Origin: Guillardia theta CCMP2712
Lineage: Eukaryota; Protista; Cryptophyta
Direction of reading: 5' to 3'
Length of the DNA: 64,000 bases
Assembly (NCBI RefSeq): GCF_000315625.1
Contig: NW_005434670.1
Span: 268,237 to 332,236, forward strand
Under the pieces are notes generated by a model. That model saw only the letters and a list, made by a program, of their open reading frames with translations, did not search any database and was not told the DNA's origin. A program made the position numbers and the translations under genes. Below, piece by piece: positions 1 to 11,400 of the stretch (position 1 is the stretch's first letter; each line of letters begins with the position of its first letter).

Positions 1-47
1 AGGGGTCAGCGCTCTCCCGTCTCCTTGTGAGCTTTCCTCGCGTGCAG

Positions 48-680
48 GGCCAGAACGGAATTCAAGATGTGATCGACCTCTTGGACGAGTACTACTTTAC
101 CAAGGAGGAGTTCGACTCAATCTGCGGGTGATGCCGCTGGTCCCACATGCGAGGAACTCACTCAGCCCCACAGTGAGCTTCGGATCCAAGACGACAAGGT
201 TGCGCCAGACATCTACGGCTCCGTTGATAGCAAAGTGAAAGCTTCGCTTACAAGAGGGTAAGGATACCCCCGAACACAAGTCGCCCCCCTGACCCTGAGC
301 AGGTACAAGCAGGAGGGACACAAGATCGCCTTTGTGAAGAGCTCAGGAGTGAAAGGTGGACGCGCGCTGCATCATCGTCTCTCGCTCACATCTCTCAGAT
401 CTCGCCTCCAAGGTCAAGTCTCAGCCCAAGACGCTGGGCAGGTCAGGGGACATGGAGAAGGAGGACGACGAGAAAGAGGAGAGGTTGGTCCCTCCCGGCC
501 CCCATGCTCCTCGTTTCTCACACTTGGAGCAGCGAGGCAGAGGGGGAGAACGATTCCGACACAGATGCTCCAACTGCCGCCTCGCAGCAGAAAGGAAAGA
601 AATCCAAAGGAGGCTCCTCAGCGGCAAAGGCCCCAGCAAGCAAGTCCAAGTCCGCGAGGGGGGGCAAGCGGGCGACGTGA
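48..680 (+). CDS. RFC1: Replication factor C large subunit, 3' exons (gene starts upstream of the window)
   Basis: Splicing short GT-AG introns gives GQNGIQDVIDLLDEYYFTKEEFDSIC-ELRIQDDKVAPDIYGSVDSKVKASLTRRYKQEGH..., matching the RFC1 C-terminal pattern (V..V...MD.YYL.KED...I...KVKAAFTR.YN), followed by an acidic and then Lys-rich tail; TGA at 678-680. Confidence 0.85.
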
Positions 681-761
681 GGGGCAGGGATGATAGGAGC
701 ACATACATTGCAACAACAAGACAGACATTTCAGACATACAGCACTCACTCTTCTCGCACCT

Positions 762-1850
762 TCAGCTCGACCTTGATCGAAGAAGTCTCGACAAGATTTC
801 GAGGTCCTCCGAACGCTTGCTCTCATGCCTACCAGCACTCTTCCCTCTCGAGGGCTCCCGAAGGCGGCTGGCGAGAGACTTCATGATGTCCCTGTCCTCC
901 CTCTCCTCCTGCCTCCGTCGCTTCATCCTCTCCACGAGGTCATCCATCACCTCCCGGACAGCATGCAGCTCGTTGGCCTGTCGGTGACGATCCGCGTCCT
1001 CCTCTCGGTGCAGCAGAGCGTTGATCCCCTCGTATTGCTCACCGCCAGACCCCGAGCCTCTCGCAGACTTGGACTCGATCAGAATCCTCAGCAGCTTCTG
1101 CAGTCCCTCCTTGGACATGTGCTCCATCGCCTTGAGCAATTTCGTCTTGCTACCTCCATCTGCCTCCCCCGAGGTGCTCCCTTTGGCAGCCTTGGGCTCC
1201 TTCTGCTTGGACTCCCAGTCCTTGCCCGAGGTAAACTTCTGTTGGACGGCACGGGGGGGCTCAGAAGCCTCAAACTTGTTCTCCTTGCCCGATGTCTTCA
1301 CCACATACTTCGCCGACGCCCCCCCATGCATCTGCGCCCACTGGCTCTGAAACGCCACATTCTGTTGCACGGGAGCGGCAATCGCAGGAGTTGACTTGGA
1401 GACCTCTGGCATGCCTTGCAGGTTCGTCTTCGCGTCCAGCACGGCCGCCATGGCGTCTTGGACTGCCTCATCTCCCGGGGGCAGAGCAGCCTTCCCATCG
1501 CGCATGTTGCGGGAAAGCTTTGAGAATTCATCTTTGCTGAACACGTTCGGGGAGCATGGCGGAGATACGCAAGAGGATGGCGGTGACGATAGCAGAAAGT
1601 TTCCTTCCTCCCTCAGCGATGTCCCGTCACTCATTGCGACGAAGAGGAGGCAGACCACTGCTACTATTCCTGCCACGGCAACGATGCCTCGTCGAACGGC
1701 CCGGCATGAGTTTGAGGGACTGGCATTTCCCAATCCAACTTCAAGGACGAAGGATGAAGAGCAGGAGGAAGCAGAGCAGCTCAGCTGTTTCTGCCCTCTT
1801 CCCTCCCCACTGCCTTCCTCTACCCGCACGGCGGGCTCTCCGCCCGCCAT
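762..1850 (-). CDS. Hypothetical single-pass (type II-like) membrane protein, 362 aa
   Basis: Uninterrupted ATG ORF with one hydrophobic segment (IVAVAGIVAVVCLLFVAMS) and a charged helical C-terminus; no family recognised. Confidence 0.65.
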   Translation of the reverse strand: MAGGEPAVRVEEGSGEGRGQKQLSCSASSCSSSFVLEVGLGNASPSNSCRAVRRGIVAVAGIVAVVCLLFVAMSDGTSLREEGNFLLSSPPSSCVSPPCSPNVFSKDEFSKLSRNMRDGKAALPPGDEAVQDAMAAVLDAKTNLQGMPEVSKSTPAIAAPVQQNVAFQSQWAQMHGGASAKYVVKTSGKENKFEASEPPRAVQQKFTSGKDWESKQKEPKAAKGSTSGEADGGSKTKLLKAMEHMSKEGLQKLLRILIESKSARGSGSGGEQYEGINALLHREEDADRHRQANELHAVREVMDDLVERMKRRRQEEREDRDIMKSLASRLREPSRGKSAGRHESKRSEDLEILSRLLRSRSS

Positions 1851-2118
1851 GCTCTATTTCTGGAACAAAGCCGACCCGCCTCAGACTCAGACAACAAGAT
1901 CCAGACCCGCCTCAAAGACATGTCATCGTTTGAAGCGGTAGAGCCGTTATCATTTGTAACTGCTGTGGCTCTTCGGACCATCAAGGCTGACGATGCAGCG
2001 TTGGCTTTTCGCAATTGCGCTCGCATGCTCGCTCAGCGAAGTCGCTTGCAACTCGTGACGAGACGAGGAACTGTTGTTTCTTAGATGATGTTTCCCTGCT
2101 CTTGCTATGCCTCTAGCA

Positions 2119-4274
2119 TCAGATCTTCCTTTCACAGAACCTCCTAGTAGCCTTCCAAGTGCAAGGGAAGGGTTCGTGCATGAGTTGAATCATTGACCAT
2201 GTATGGGCTCATGCAAAGCAGCCTTGTTAGATTTATTGGATATATGCAATGATGCACATTGTTTTTGTAAGCTCTTGTCCACCCCTCACCAAAGAAATTC
2301 CATTGATGGTGATTCATCAGATTTTTGTTCTTCGTTGATAATAGCACAATCGATGAGGATCCCTTCTCAACTTGCTATGATTGACATGAGCTGCTGCAGA
2401 TGTTCTCTAGCTCACAGAATCAATTCACTATGCTTTGGGGCGATAAGAAGGCTGCTAAGGCTCCCAAGAACGCATGGGTGGGTTGTGCTGGTTGCTAGGG
2501 AATGAAAGTGACGCCTATGAACAGGGACAGCACTGGACCTGGTTCTCCTGCAAGAAAACAAACACGTGCCACGCTGGAAAGTAAAGTAAACCTTGTATTA
2601 TGGGGAGCCTGGACTTTAGACGGGATGCAAGGTGATGGGAGTGAGTGGGTGCGTCCTTGACAGTTGAAGAGACTTTTTATTGCTGAATGAAATGAATACG
2701 TGTACTCAAAGGCTGTCTTTCTGAGTATAGATGAGTGTGCGGGGTTGGTTTATTCATAATTCTTATCTATTTCACAATCGTAGCCCGCGCCTGCCGCATC
2801 TCCTTCAACTGATGCGATTGACCCCGGAATAGTGAAAGAATGCCGTTCTTGAGGGCAGAGACAATACTCAAGGCTATCTCCAAGACTTGCCAGATGATTT
2901 GAAAGCAGAGGGTCAGAGCGTATCCTGAGACAGTGTTATGCTCGCAGTACTCAAGAAGAAGCAAGCCTCACTCATTGAGAACTTTGCCGCAACGCTCTCA
3001 AGCGTTGAAGGCTGCTTGACCTTGTCATCCTCCTGATTTATGTCAACCCAGCAGCAAAGCCCTTCAAACGCATTCTACTACCTGAGAAGCCTTTCTGCTA
3101 ACGGCTGCAGTCCTGAGCGAGGCCCATTGAGGTTTCTCGATCGCCTTGTCACTTACAGCCGTCAGTTTCGATTCTTTTGCTTTGAATCGAAACTGCAGGA
3201 TCCCTTTGGTCTTGGACGAAGCCAATTCAGCCTCAACACATACCACTGCACCTTCTTACTGGTAGCTGGTCTTCAAAATTGCTCGCGCCGGCCGATTGGT
3301 CGTCTTTACGGAATCTTTGCATGATGTCCTTGGAAAGAACAAGTCAACGCTTGCAAAGACCATTTCGAAAAGGAGGCAACCTGGAAAACAGTAGCGCCTC
3401 CTTGTAGGATCCCTTCAAACCCCATCTCCATTTTCGATTCCTGCAGGCAGTGGGGACACACTCAGATGAAAATTTCACAGCACACCACTCGACCTCTTTC
3501 GAACGCGCCATGAGCTCCCTCCTGTACTCTGCCTGCAAAACGTCCGTCAGCTCAACGCGTTTCCTGCCTGGCAGGATTGACTTCGGCTTTCGGCAACTTG
3601 GCCAACTCTGCCTCTGAGTATTCCAACCCGCGATAGTTGGTCTGCTACTCGTCAGTCGCAGTCGTCATGGGAACAAGCTCAAGACCTTGGACCGAAGGAT
3701 GTCTGCTGCTGTGTTCTTCAAAGGCTTCTTCTCGCCCTTTGCACTCTGTCCCATTCCCTTCTGTAAGGGTTTTCAGCAAGAGAAACACACGATTGAAGGA
3801 CAGCAGACATCCTACCATATCCTTGAAGTGATCGTTCTCCTTTTCACTCACAAGAGTGTTTGTCCCTGGAAGATTGTACTCTACACCGTTGAGGACCACA
3901 GCATTGAACTCTCCTGAAGATTCAGAGCCATCAGTCATTAGGATCAAGTCCTCAAAACCATGGCAGCTCTTTGGCGATACAAACTTACCTCCTCCCAGTC
4001 GATGCTGTTTGATGAATTTGATCACCATCTGTCTGTCTTGATCTCTGCTCATGTCTAGAGTGTAGGGCGTTCCCAGCATCTTCTGCAATCTGGTCTCGTC
4101 CAAAGTGACCTTCGTCGCCTTCGGATTCGAGTCTGAGCCTCCTCGCAGTGCTAGGTTCGCATGTGATTGGATCACCAATCCAAAGCTTCCATGGTCAGCG
4201 AAGGCACAGATCTCATGGGCGATCGCCAACGAGGCTAGTGCAAAGAGAGAGGTTCTACTCCTCTTCCCCGGCAT
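2119..4274 (-). CDS. Hypothetical multi-exon protein with signal peptide, A|F junction and LRGG motif (3' end uncertain)
   Basis: First exon MPGKRSRTSLFALASLAIAHEICA|FADHGSFGLVIQSHANLALRGG...; further coding-like exons separated by ~50-nt introns (AEYRRELMARSKE, ESKMEMGFEGILQGGATVFQ, DIMQRFRKDDQSAGASNFEDQLP). The stop is tentative. Confidence 0.5.
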
Positions 4275-5714
4275 GTTGAGTCGGCGGGGGTTTCACAGTG
4301 CGATCAGCCTGAGGAGCATGTCATGAACTATCAGGGTTCAGAAAACAACGCAAGAAACTGTGTGGTATCGACTCTCAACCTCTTCTCTCTTGCCCCACTG
4401 CCTGATCCTCCCCCCCACCATCTTCGCTACAGGTTTTCTCGGCCCCCGACAAGCATGAGAATTGAACTAGGAATTTCGAGTCCGCCTCGGTAAAGACAAG
4501 AAGGCAGCAGTTTGACCCGGCGGGCCCGGCGGCCTCGGCGGCCCGAAACCCAAGTGGTACCGTTACACTGAACTTGAACTGGCCGTGTGAGGGTGAAGAA
4601 TTCATTTGGTGGAGGTATTATTCATCTGAAATGTGAGGGTAGGGGTGATACAGTGGGGGTAAAAAAGTGGTGAGATGTAGGGGTAGAGAGGCTTCATACC
4701 TGAGAGGGTGGGGTCCATGCACGACAAAATCATTTTTCAGTGTGGGAAGGGTGGTTCATGGACCCCCCTTCCTTTACACAAAGTCTTCCAGTACCCGGTA
4801 AATTCCCTTCGGAGTACCCCTCAGAATACATGGTACCCTCCTATTATCGAGCAAGGAGATATCCACCCCATGCATTTGCCACCCCCTCCTCCTCCCCGCT
4901 GCTGTTCTTCAGTGCACCACAACGCTTGACTACCCCACCAGGGAACGCTAGATGCAAGGACCCCTGAGGCATTTAAGAGATGCACCCTACCCTAATGTTC
5001 AACACTTTTGGCTCGCATCAACTACCCACCCCTACAGATGTAACGTTGTACCAGTTGTACCAGCTACCCCCTTCCCGCCAATTTTTTTTCATATTCTTTG
5101 AAGGACCGTATTTGAGGCCTGACCTCCAGACCTTTGATGTGGTGGGTACTCACCCCTACCATCTCTGAAAAACAAACTCCCCAGTACCCACCCCATACAT
5201 TCCTCCCACCCACCCCTGTCTGACAGTCTCAAAGTGACCTCACCCCTTGTCCCAATCTCCCTCGAGTGCAAATTACCCCACCCAGGGTCTATGCTGTCTA
5301 TGATGAACCACCGGTGCATCACCATTTGACTTTCTACCCACCCTTTTGTGTACTATGTGACTAGAAAAGGACCGGTGGTCCTCCTTCCCGCCTCTCCTCA
5401 CCATCCTCACCCTTTCCTCACTCCGCCCCTCCGACCCCCTTTACTTCCCCCCCCCCCGCTCCCCCCTCCTCCCCCCTGCCTGGGCTACAGGTCTTCATAC
5501 TCTCTGCCCATATTCATCTCCAGCTCCTCTATCAAGAGTTGGCTGCTTCTCCACAACTTGCAGCGTCATAGACTGCCTCTGTGCCTCAGTCCTTTCTGAG
5601 GGGCAGCCCTTCGTCCTCCAGGCTGACTGGAAGGACTGCCAGTAATCTCAGCAGGTGACGTCTCATGTTGGCGAGGGAGCTGATTTATAGGGCTCACTAA
5701 CATTCTTGACAGCA

Positions 5715-7883
5715 ATGGCAGATCATCATGTTCATTTAACCACACCTGCTGCGCGCGTACCCCCTCCAATGCAGACCCCTCCTACAGCGGCAGCAGCAGA
5801 ACTGAGGAACCTTGCGGCTCGATATGAGTCAGGGGACATGAAGCGAGAGGACTATGTGACAGAAAGGAACCGCATCCGATCGAACTGGAGCAAGAGCGCC
5901 ATCGTCAAGGCAGCAAACGGGGAGCACCTTACATGTACCTCAGACTGTGGGAAAGGATGCCAGCACAATCATTCTGTGACGTCCAAGGGAGGCTTGCACC
6001 GGACAGAGGCCTCCAAGAAACTTGAGATCCTCAACCAACTGAAAAAGGCTTGTGAGAATGGTGACGCGCAAGCTTTGAAGAATGTTCTACGCAACAATGC
6101 AGGCCTCGACATAGATGCCCTGGAGGATGAAGGAGAAATGCCGTCACCATTGCTGAATCTTGCTGCTGAAAGCGGTTTCTGTGATTTCGTCAAGGTCTTG
6201 ATTGATGAGGGAAAGGTAGAGGTTGATACACTGGGTGAATTTGGAACGACTGCACTGTTTGATGCATGCTATTTCGACAATCGAGATGTGGCTGAAGCTC
6301 TGCTAGACCGCGGAGCTAACCCTGACTTCCAAGACCCAGATGGCTCGACTCCTTTGTATGCAGCAGCATTTCAAGGAAACCTGCAATGTTTGGACCTCAT
6401 GCTCTCAAGGAAAGTCAAGTTCTTCTACTATCGGGCGAAGGATAAACTCACCCCACTGCACGCTGCTGTCCTGGGAGGCAACAAGGAGTGCGTGGTTAAG
6501 CTGATTGAAGCAGGTCACCCTCTGGATCCGGTGGACATCGAAATGCAGACGCCGCTGCTAGCTGCATCAAATGGTGGCCCCTGCGGCAGCAATGGGAAGA
6601 AAGATTGTTTGCTAGAGCTCCTCAAGGCTGGGGCTGACGTGCGGGCGGTGGACTGCTATGGAAGGAATGCCATGCACCTCTTGCTTCTCCAGGGAATTGG
6701 TTGTCCGACTTGCACATATGAATGTGCGGAAAGATTGCTTGAAAAGCAGGCTTCTGTTTTGGAGCAAGATACCTTCGGAAAGACTGCTGCTCAGCACTTG
6801 GGGGAAATGAAACCTGCGCCAAAACTCTATGCATTGTTGAAGCGTGCGATCAAACGCGAAAGTCTCCGAAATAAATTGCAGCGTACTGATGAACCAGAAG
6901 TGATCCTAGATGCTGCTACTCTGGAGGAGCAGGAGCGGCAGGTATTGTGTTTTGGATGTGTCGTTTCCTTTTTTTTTTGACAGGAATTCAATTTTGGTTT
7001 TTCAGGCCGAGCGATCTGCGATGGAATTGATTCAGGATGAAGAGCAGGAGAAACTTGCAAGGGTGAGAAAATATTGGCAAGCCCTGGATTAGAGCGCTAA
7101 ACTTTTGAGTGTAGGAATCAAAGAAGGAGAAGGCGAAAAAGAAAAAGCAAAGAGAGAAAGAGGTGCACAACATGAAAACGATACATCGCTTGTTCCTAAT
7201 CTCCTCACAGAGAAAAGAACGGAACAGGGATAAGGAAAGCAGCACGAACCCGAGTACAAGACAGGAAGAGCCGTCGAATTCAGACAGTCCTGTGGAGAGC
7301 AACGTTATCATGGATCAGTCTGCACATGAAAAGAGTTCAGACAAGAAAGATGAATCGTCTCCTGAGGGAAAGCACCATCAACCGCACGTGAAGCAAAGTA
7401 AGACAGCTGACAAGAAAGCAAAGCGATCTACAGCACCGATTCCTACTGTTCCGGTGCAAATTCAAACCATCGTCTCGATCTCTGCTGACGGGATTTTTCA
7501 GAATGGGTTCTCAGACAAAGCTGATGTCCTGGAGAAGATGATGAATGGATTTGGTGACTCCAGTTTCTCAAATATGTTCCAGAGTGATGGCGATGAAGAG
7601 GTGTGATCTTATTGCTCTCATTCAAAGTGGCTGATGTTTGCACAGGATGTCGATGAAGAGATTGAAGCGTTCCGGTTGAAGCTGGAGCAAGCACCTCGAC
7701 TACAGGTCCTGCCTGTCTCGCCCGTCATGCTTCCTGACATGTACGCTTGTGCCATGATAGGAGCGCCCTTGCCCAAAGATTACTCTCAATCCGGTTATAC
7801 TCTCTCCTTGACAACCTCTGTTCTAGTTCTGACGCGATGCATTGCAGGAAGCGCTCCGTTCGTTGAGAAGTTTGAAGCAGTAG
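5715..7883 (+). CDS. Ankyrin-repeat protein with N-terminal SHOCT-like motif, Lys/Glu coiled coil and acidic C-terminal motif
   Basis: Several ankyrin repeats (GTTALFDACY, GSTPLYAAAFQG, LTPLHAAVLGG, QTPLLAAS, GRNAMHLLL); spliced 3' exons AERSAMELIQDEEQEKLAR...DVDEEIEAFRLKLEQAPRLQ-ERPCPKITLNP-EALRSLRSLKQ*. Confidence 0.8.
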
Positions 7884-8474
7884 ATGGCTCCAGCTCGTCT
7901 ATCATCCTCTATTTCTTGAATAAAGTCCATTCATTGTCCTAAAAGTTTGACAGTGATGTCGATCGCCAGCCGGACTCGCTCTTGGTTCCACCGATGACAA
8001 GTCCGAGTCTCCCAGGCTCCGGTGGCCTGCGGGGCGGAGATGCCGGACTCGGGATCAAGGCCGGGCCCCGGGTCATCCGCGGGCCGCCGGCGGCGCAGCC
8101 TGAGTCTCTGAGTGGCGATATAGTCAATTGAGTATTCTCTATGCAAAATAGTCAAAGCGATCATAGTCAAGATCTCGGGCAACGGCAGGCGGTGTTGATG
8201 CGGTCGAGGCACCAGGCGAGGGAGGGAGGAAGAGGAAGAGGAAGAGGAGAGCAGAGGATGGAGAGGATGGAAGAGGAGAGCAAACAAGCCTCGAAGTCAG
8301 GAGAAGGACGCCAAGTTTGAGAGACTGTGCGATGATTTGAAGGCATTGGAAAGGTTGTCTTGGGACTTGTAGGATCGGTTTCAGCAGAAGGCTGGGCGGT
8401 TTGCCTTCACAAGGCTCGAGATCAAGTGATGGTCCAGTGATTGGAAGTCGTCGCCTTTCTTCGACATCCTCGGC

Positions 8475-11400
8475 ATGAACTCGCTGGACGCAAAGGCGAA
8501 CGCTGTGGGCTATGGCGGAGGAGAAGTCGCGGTACTGAGCGACTCGCGCTATGTACATCTTTGTGGAAATGCCTTGAGGTCCGTTTGATCCTTCACCTCC
8601 TGTCATCCTGCTCTCTTGCAACGATGTCTCATAACTCCCTTTCCCATCAGGTTCGCGCCATGTCCAACAGACGATGAACTTGCGTCCTCGAATGAGGAGG
8701 AGCTCCGATGGTGTGAAGGAGCTGACGTGGGGGTGATAACGACGTGCAGGGAGCAAGGGATCATAGCGTACGCAGAGAGGCACAAATCATTGGAGGACCC
8801 GCGAATCTTCGTGCACCATGTGAAGGAGAACGCGGTCGTAGCGGTCCTCTCCTGCCATGGTGAGTTAGGGATCTGCGCGCTTGCCTTGTGCAGACACAGC
8901 CACCGCCTAGTCGCCATTGGCGACATTCCGGATCATAACATCATGTTGTGGGACTGGAGGAAGAAGTGCAAATTGTCGTCCATCTCGGCGAAGATGTCAC
9001 GAGCCGTGAACGTCAGCTTCGACCCTGCCAACACCAACGTGTTCGCAAGTACTGGGACAACGTTGCAGCTGTGGGAGATAGAGGAGAATGACGAAGTTGT
9101 TTCTTGCTATGTCGGTGATCTGCACAAAGAGGATCGAGATATTGTCCATCACTGCTGGGGGGCAGAGGGAACATTGTTCCTTGCGAGCGATGGCGGCGAA
9201 ATTCTGCATGTGTCTGCCAGGACGGGAGGAAGGGTAGGGGGGAGGTCGTGGGCTCGGGTGGCAGATTGCGGGATAGCGTCCCTTGCAGTGACAATGAAGC
9301 ACCTTCTTGTTTGCTGTGTAGATGGACAGGTGAGCGAGCTGGTTTGAAAGGGGAAGTTGTTGAGATGTTGGTATTGCAGATGATATGGTTGTCGAATGAC
9401 AGCTACGAGGTTGCAATGAGTATGAAGTGCAGTCAGGGAGCCATCTCAAGCATTTCTTTTACATCTGATTACCATAGGCTTGTTGCGGGGACAACGCAAG
9501 GCAAGAATCTTATCATCACCACCACCACCATCTTCATCATCGTCTTCATCATCATCTTGTTCTCTTTCTTCTTCGCCTACTCCTCCTTCCTCCTATTCAT
9601 CTTCATCTTCATCTTCGTCTTCGTTCTCGTCTAATCCGTCAAGATGAAAGTCGATTTGCTCTGTTTACTCTGCCGTGTTGCTCTTGGTTCCTGTGAAGGT
9701 CGTCCATTCACTCTGTGGGGAACAGGAAGCATCGTAACCTACAAGATCCCACCTGCTCTTTTGTCTGACTCGGAGGAGGAGGTTGAGGAGGAGCAAACCT
9801 GTTCGGTATCAGCACATTCGTGCTCCCTCTCCCTCGCTGATGCTGATATCTCGCTCCCCTCTCCTCCCTCCCTCCCCTCCCCTCTCTCCCTTCTCCTCCC
9901 TCCTTCCCTCCCCGCCCCTTCCCTCCCTCCCTCCCTTCCTCCCCTCCCTCCCTCCCTTCCTCCCCTCCCTCCCTCCCCTCTCCCCCTTGTCATCTCACTT
10001 TCCCACAGGAGCTCGAACCGTCTCTTGGCAGTGTTCTCTTCATGCGAGCCTTTGCCAGCATGCCTGTCCTCTGCGTCGTCGGCTCCCGTGGTCTGTTCTC
10101 TGTCTGGCTCGCCCCGGCCATGAGGCTTCTGAGCTCAGTGCGATTCGACTGCAATCTCTCGATTGTGGCTCTCAGCGAGGAGGCCAAGGTGGCAGCCCTG
10201 GGATCCGAGGACGGACAAGTGATGGTTCTTGACATGAGCGACGTCAAGGCCCCCCGGACTGTCTTCTCCTGCCCTGCTCACTCCTCAAGGGTCCTCGGCC
10301 TCTCCTTTCCCTCCCCCTCCCTCCTCCTCTCTGCCTCCTCCGACGGCTCCGTCGTCTTCTTCAGCATCTCCCGTGGCTCCGTCTCGCTCCTCCGGCGCCT
10401 GCAGATGGAGGAGGTCCTGTCGGTAGACATGTACCAGCAGACCCACCTGTTTGTCAGCACAAAGTCCCGACGCCTCTTCATCCTCCCCGTCCCCGAGCAT
10501 GGCGAGGAGGAGCAGGAGCAGGAGGCGGTGACCCGGGGAGGACAGGAGGAGCAGGAGGGCGCTGTGCTTCCAGCCGCCATGATCAGCTTCAAGGTGATCG
10601 CAAGCTCGCAGCCCAACGCCGGGAGGCTCGTCGGCTGGCTGGCCGATCGCTCACTCCGCTCCTTCACCTTCACCCTCCTCCCGCTCTCTCTGCGGGAGAT
10701 GTCCAGCTGTAAAGACTTCTCCTCCCCCGGCACCAGCCTGGCCGTGAGCGAGGATGGAGAGGTTCTCCTTGCGGGGGGAGCAGACGGGCGGCTCTACCTC
10801 AAGACCCTGGCGTCGCTGGAGGGTGGGCTGCAGAGGAGCAGGCATCGCCGCCTGTTGTGGAGGCTCCCGTCAGGTCGAGGAGCAGGGAGAGAGCGGGGGG
10901 AGAGGAAGGCAGGAGTCTCGTGCCTGGAGCTGGGGAACGGAGCCATGCGAGGATGGTTCTTCTCGGGAGGACACGACAGTGCCATCATTGCGCAGCCTCT
11001 CAACAGCAGGAGCTCAAAGCCGTTGGACTTCGTCCCCTCCTCCTCTCCTGGCCTCCTCGCGCTCCTCCCGAGCCTCGAGGAGAACGATGCACAGGAGGGA
11101 GAGGAGGCGGCGGCAGAAGGGGCGGGGAGCGCGGATCCTGTGCTGGAGAAACGAAAGTCTTCGATTCGGAGAAGGAGAGCAGAGGAAGGAGGTGTTATCC
11201 GGGAGCAGCTGGAAGACCTCAAGGAGAAGTTTGACATGATCCTCTCCAACAACCGAACTTGCCCTGAGGAAGAACGTCTCAATCGGACCGACATCATTGT
11301 TGACGTGAAAGAGCGACAGCGATTGCTCGACATGGCGGACGCGATGGTGACTCTTTCCTCCTTCTCTTCTATTCCTCCTGTCTCTCTCCTCTCTCCTCTC

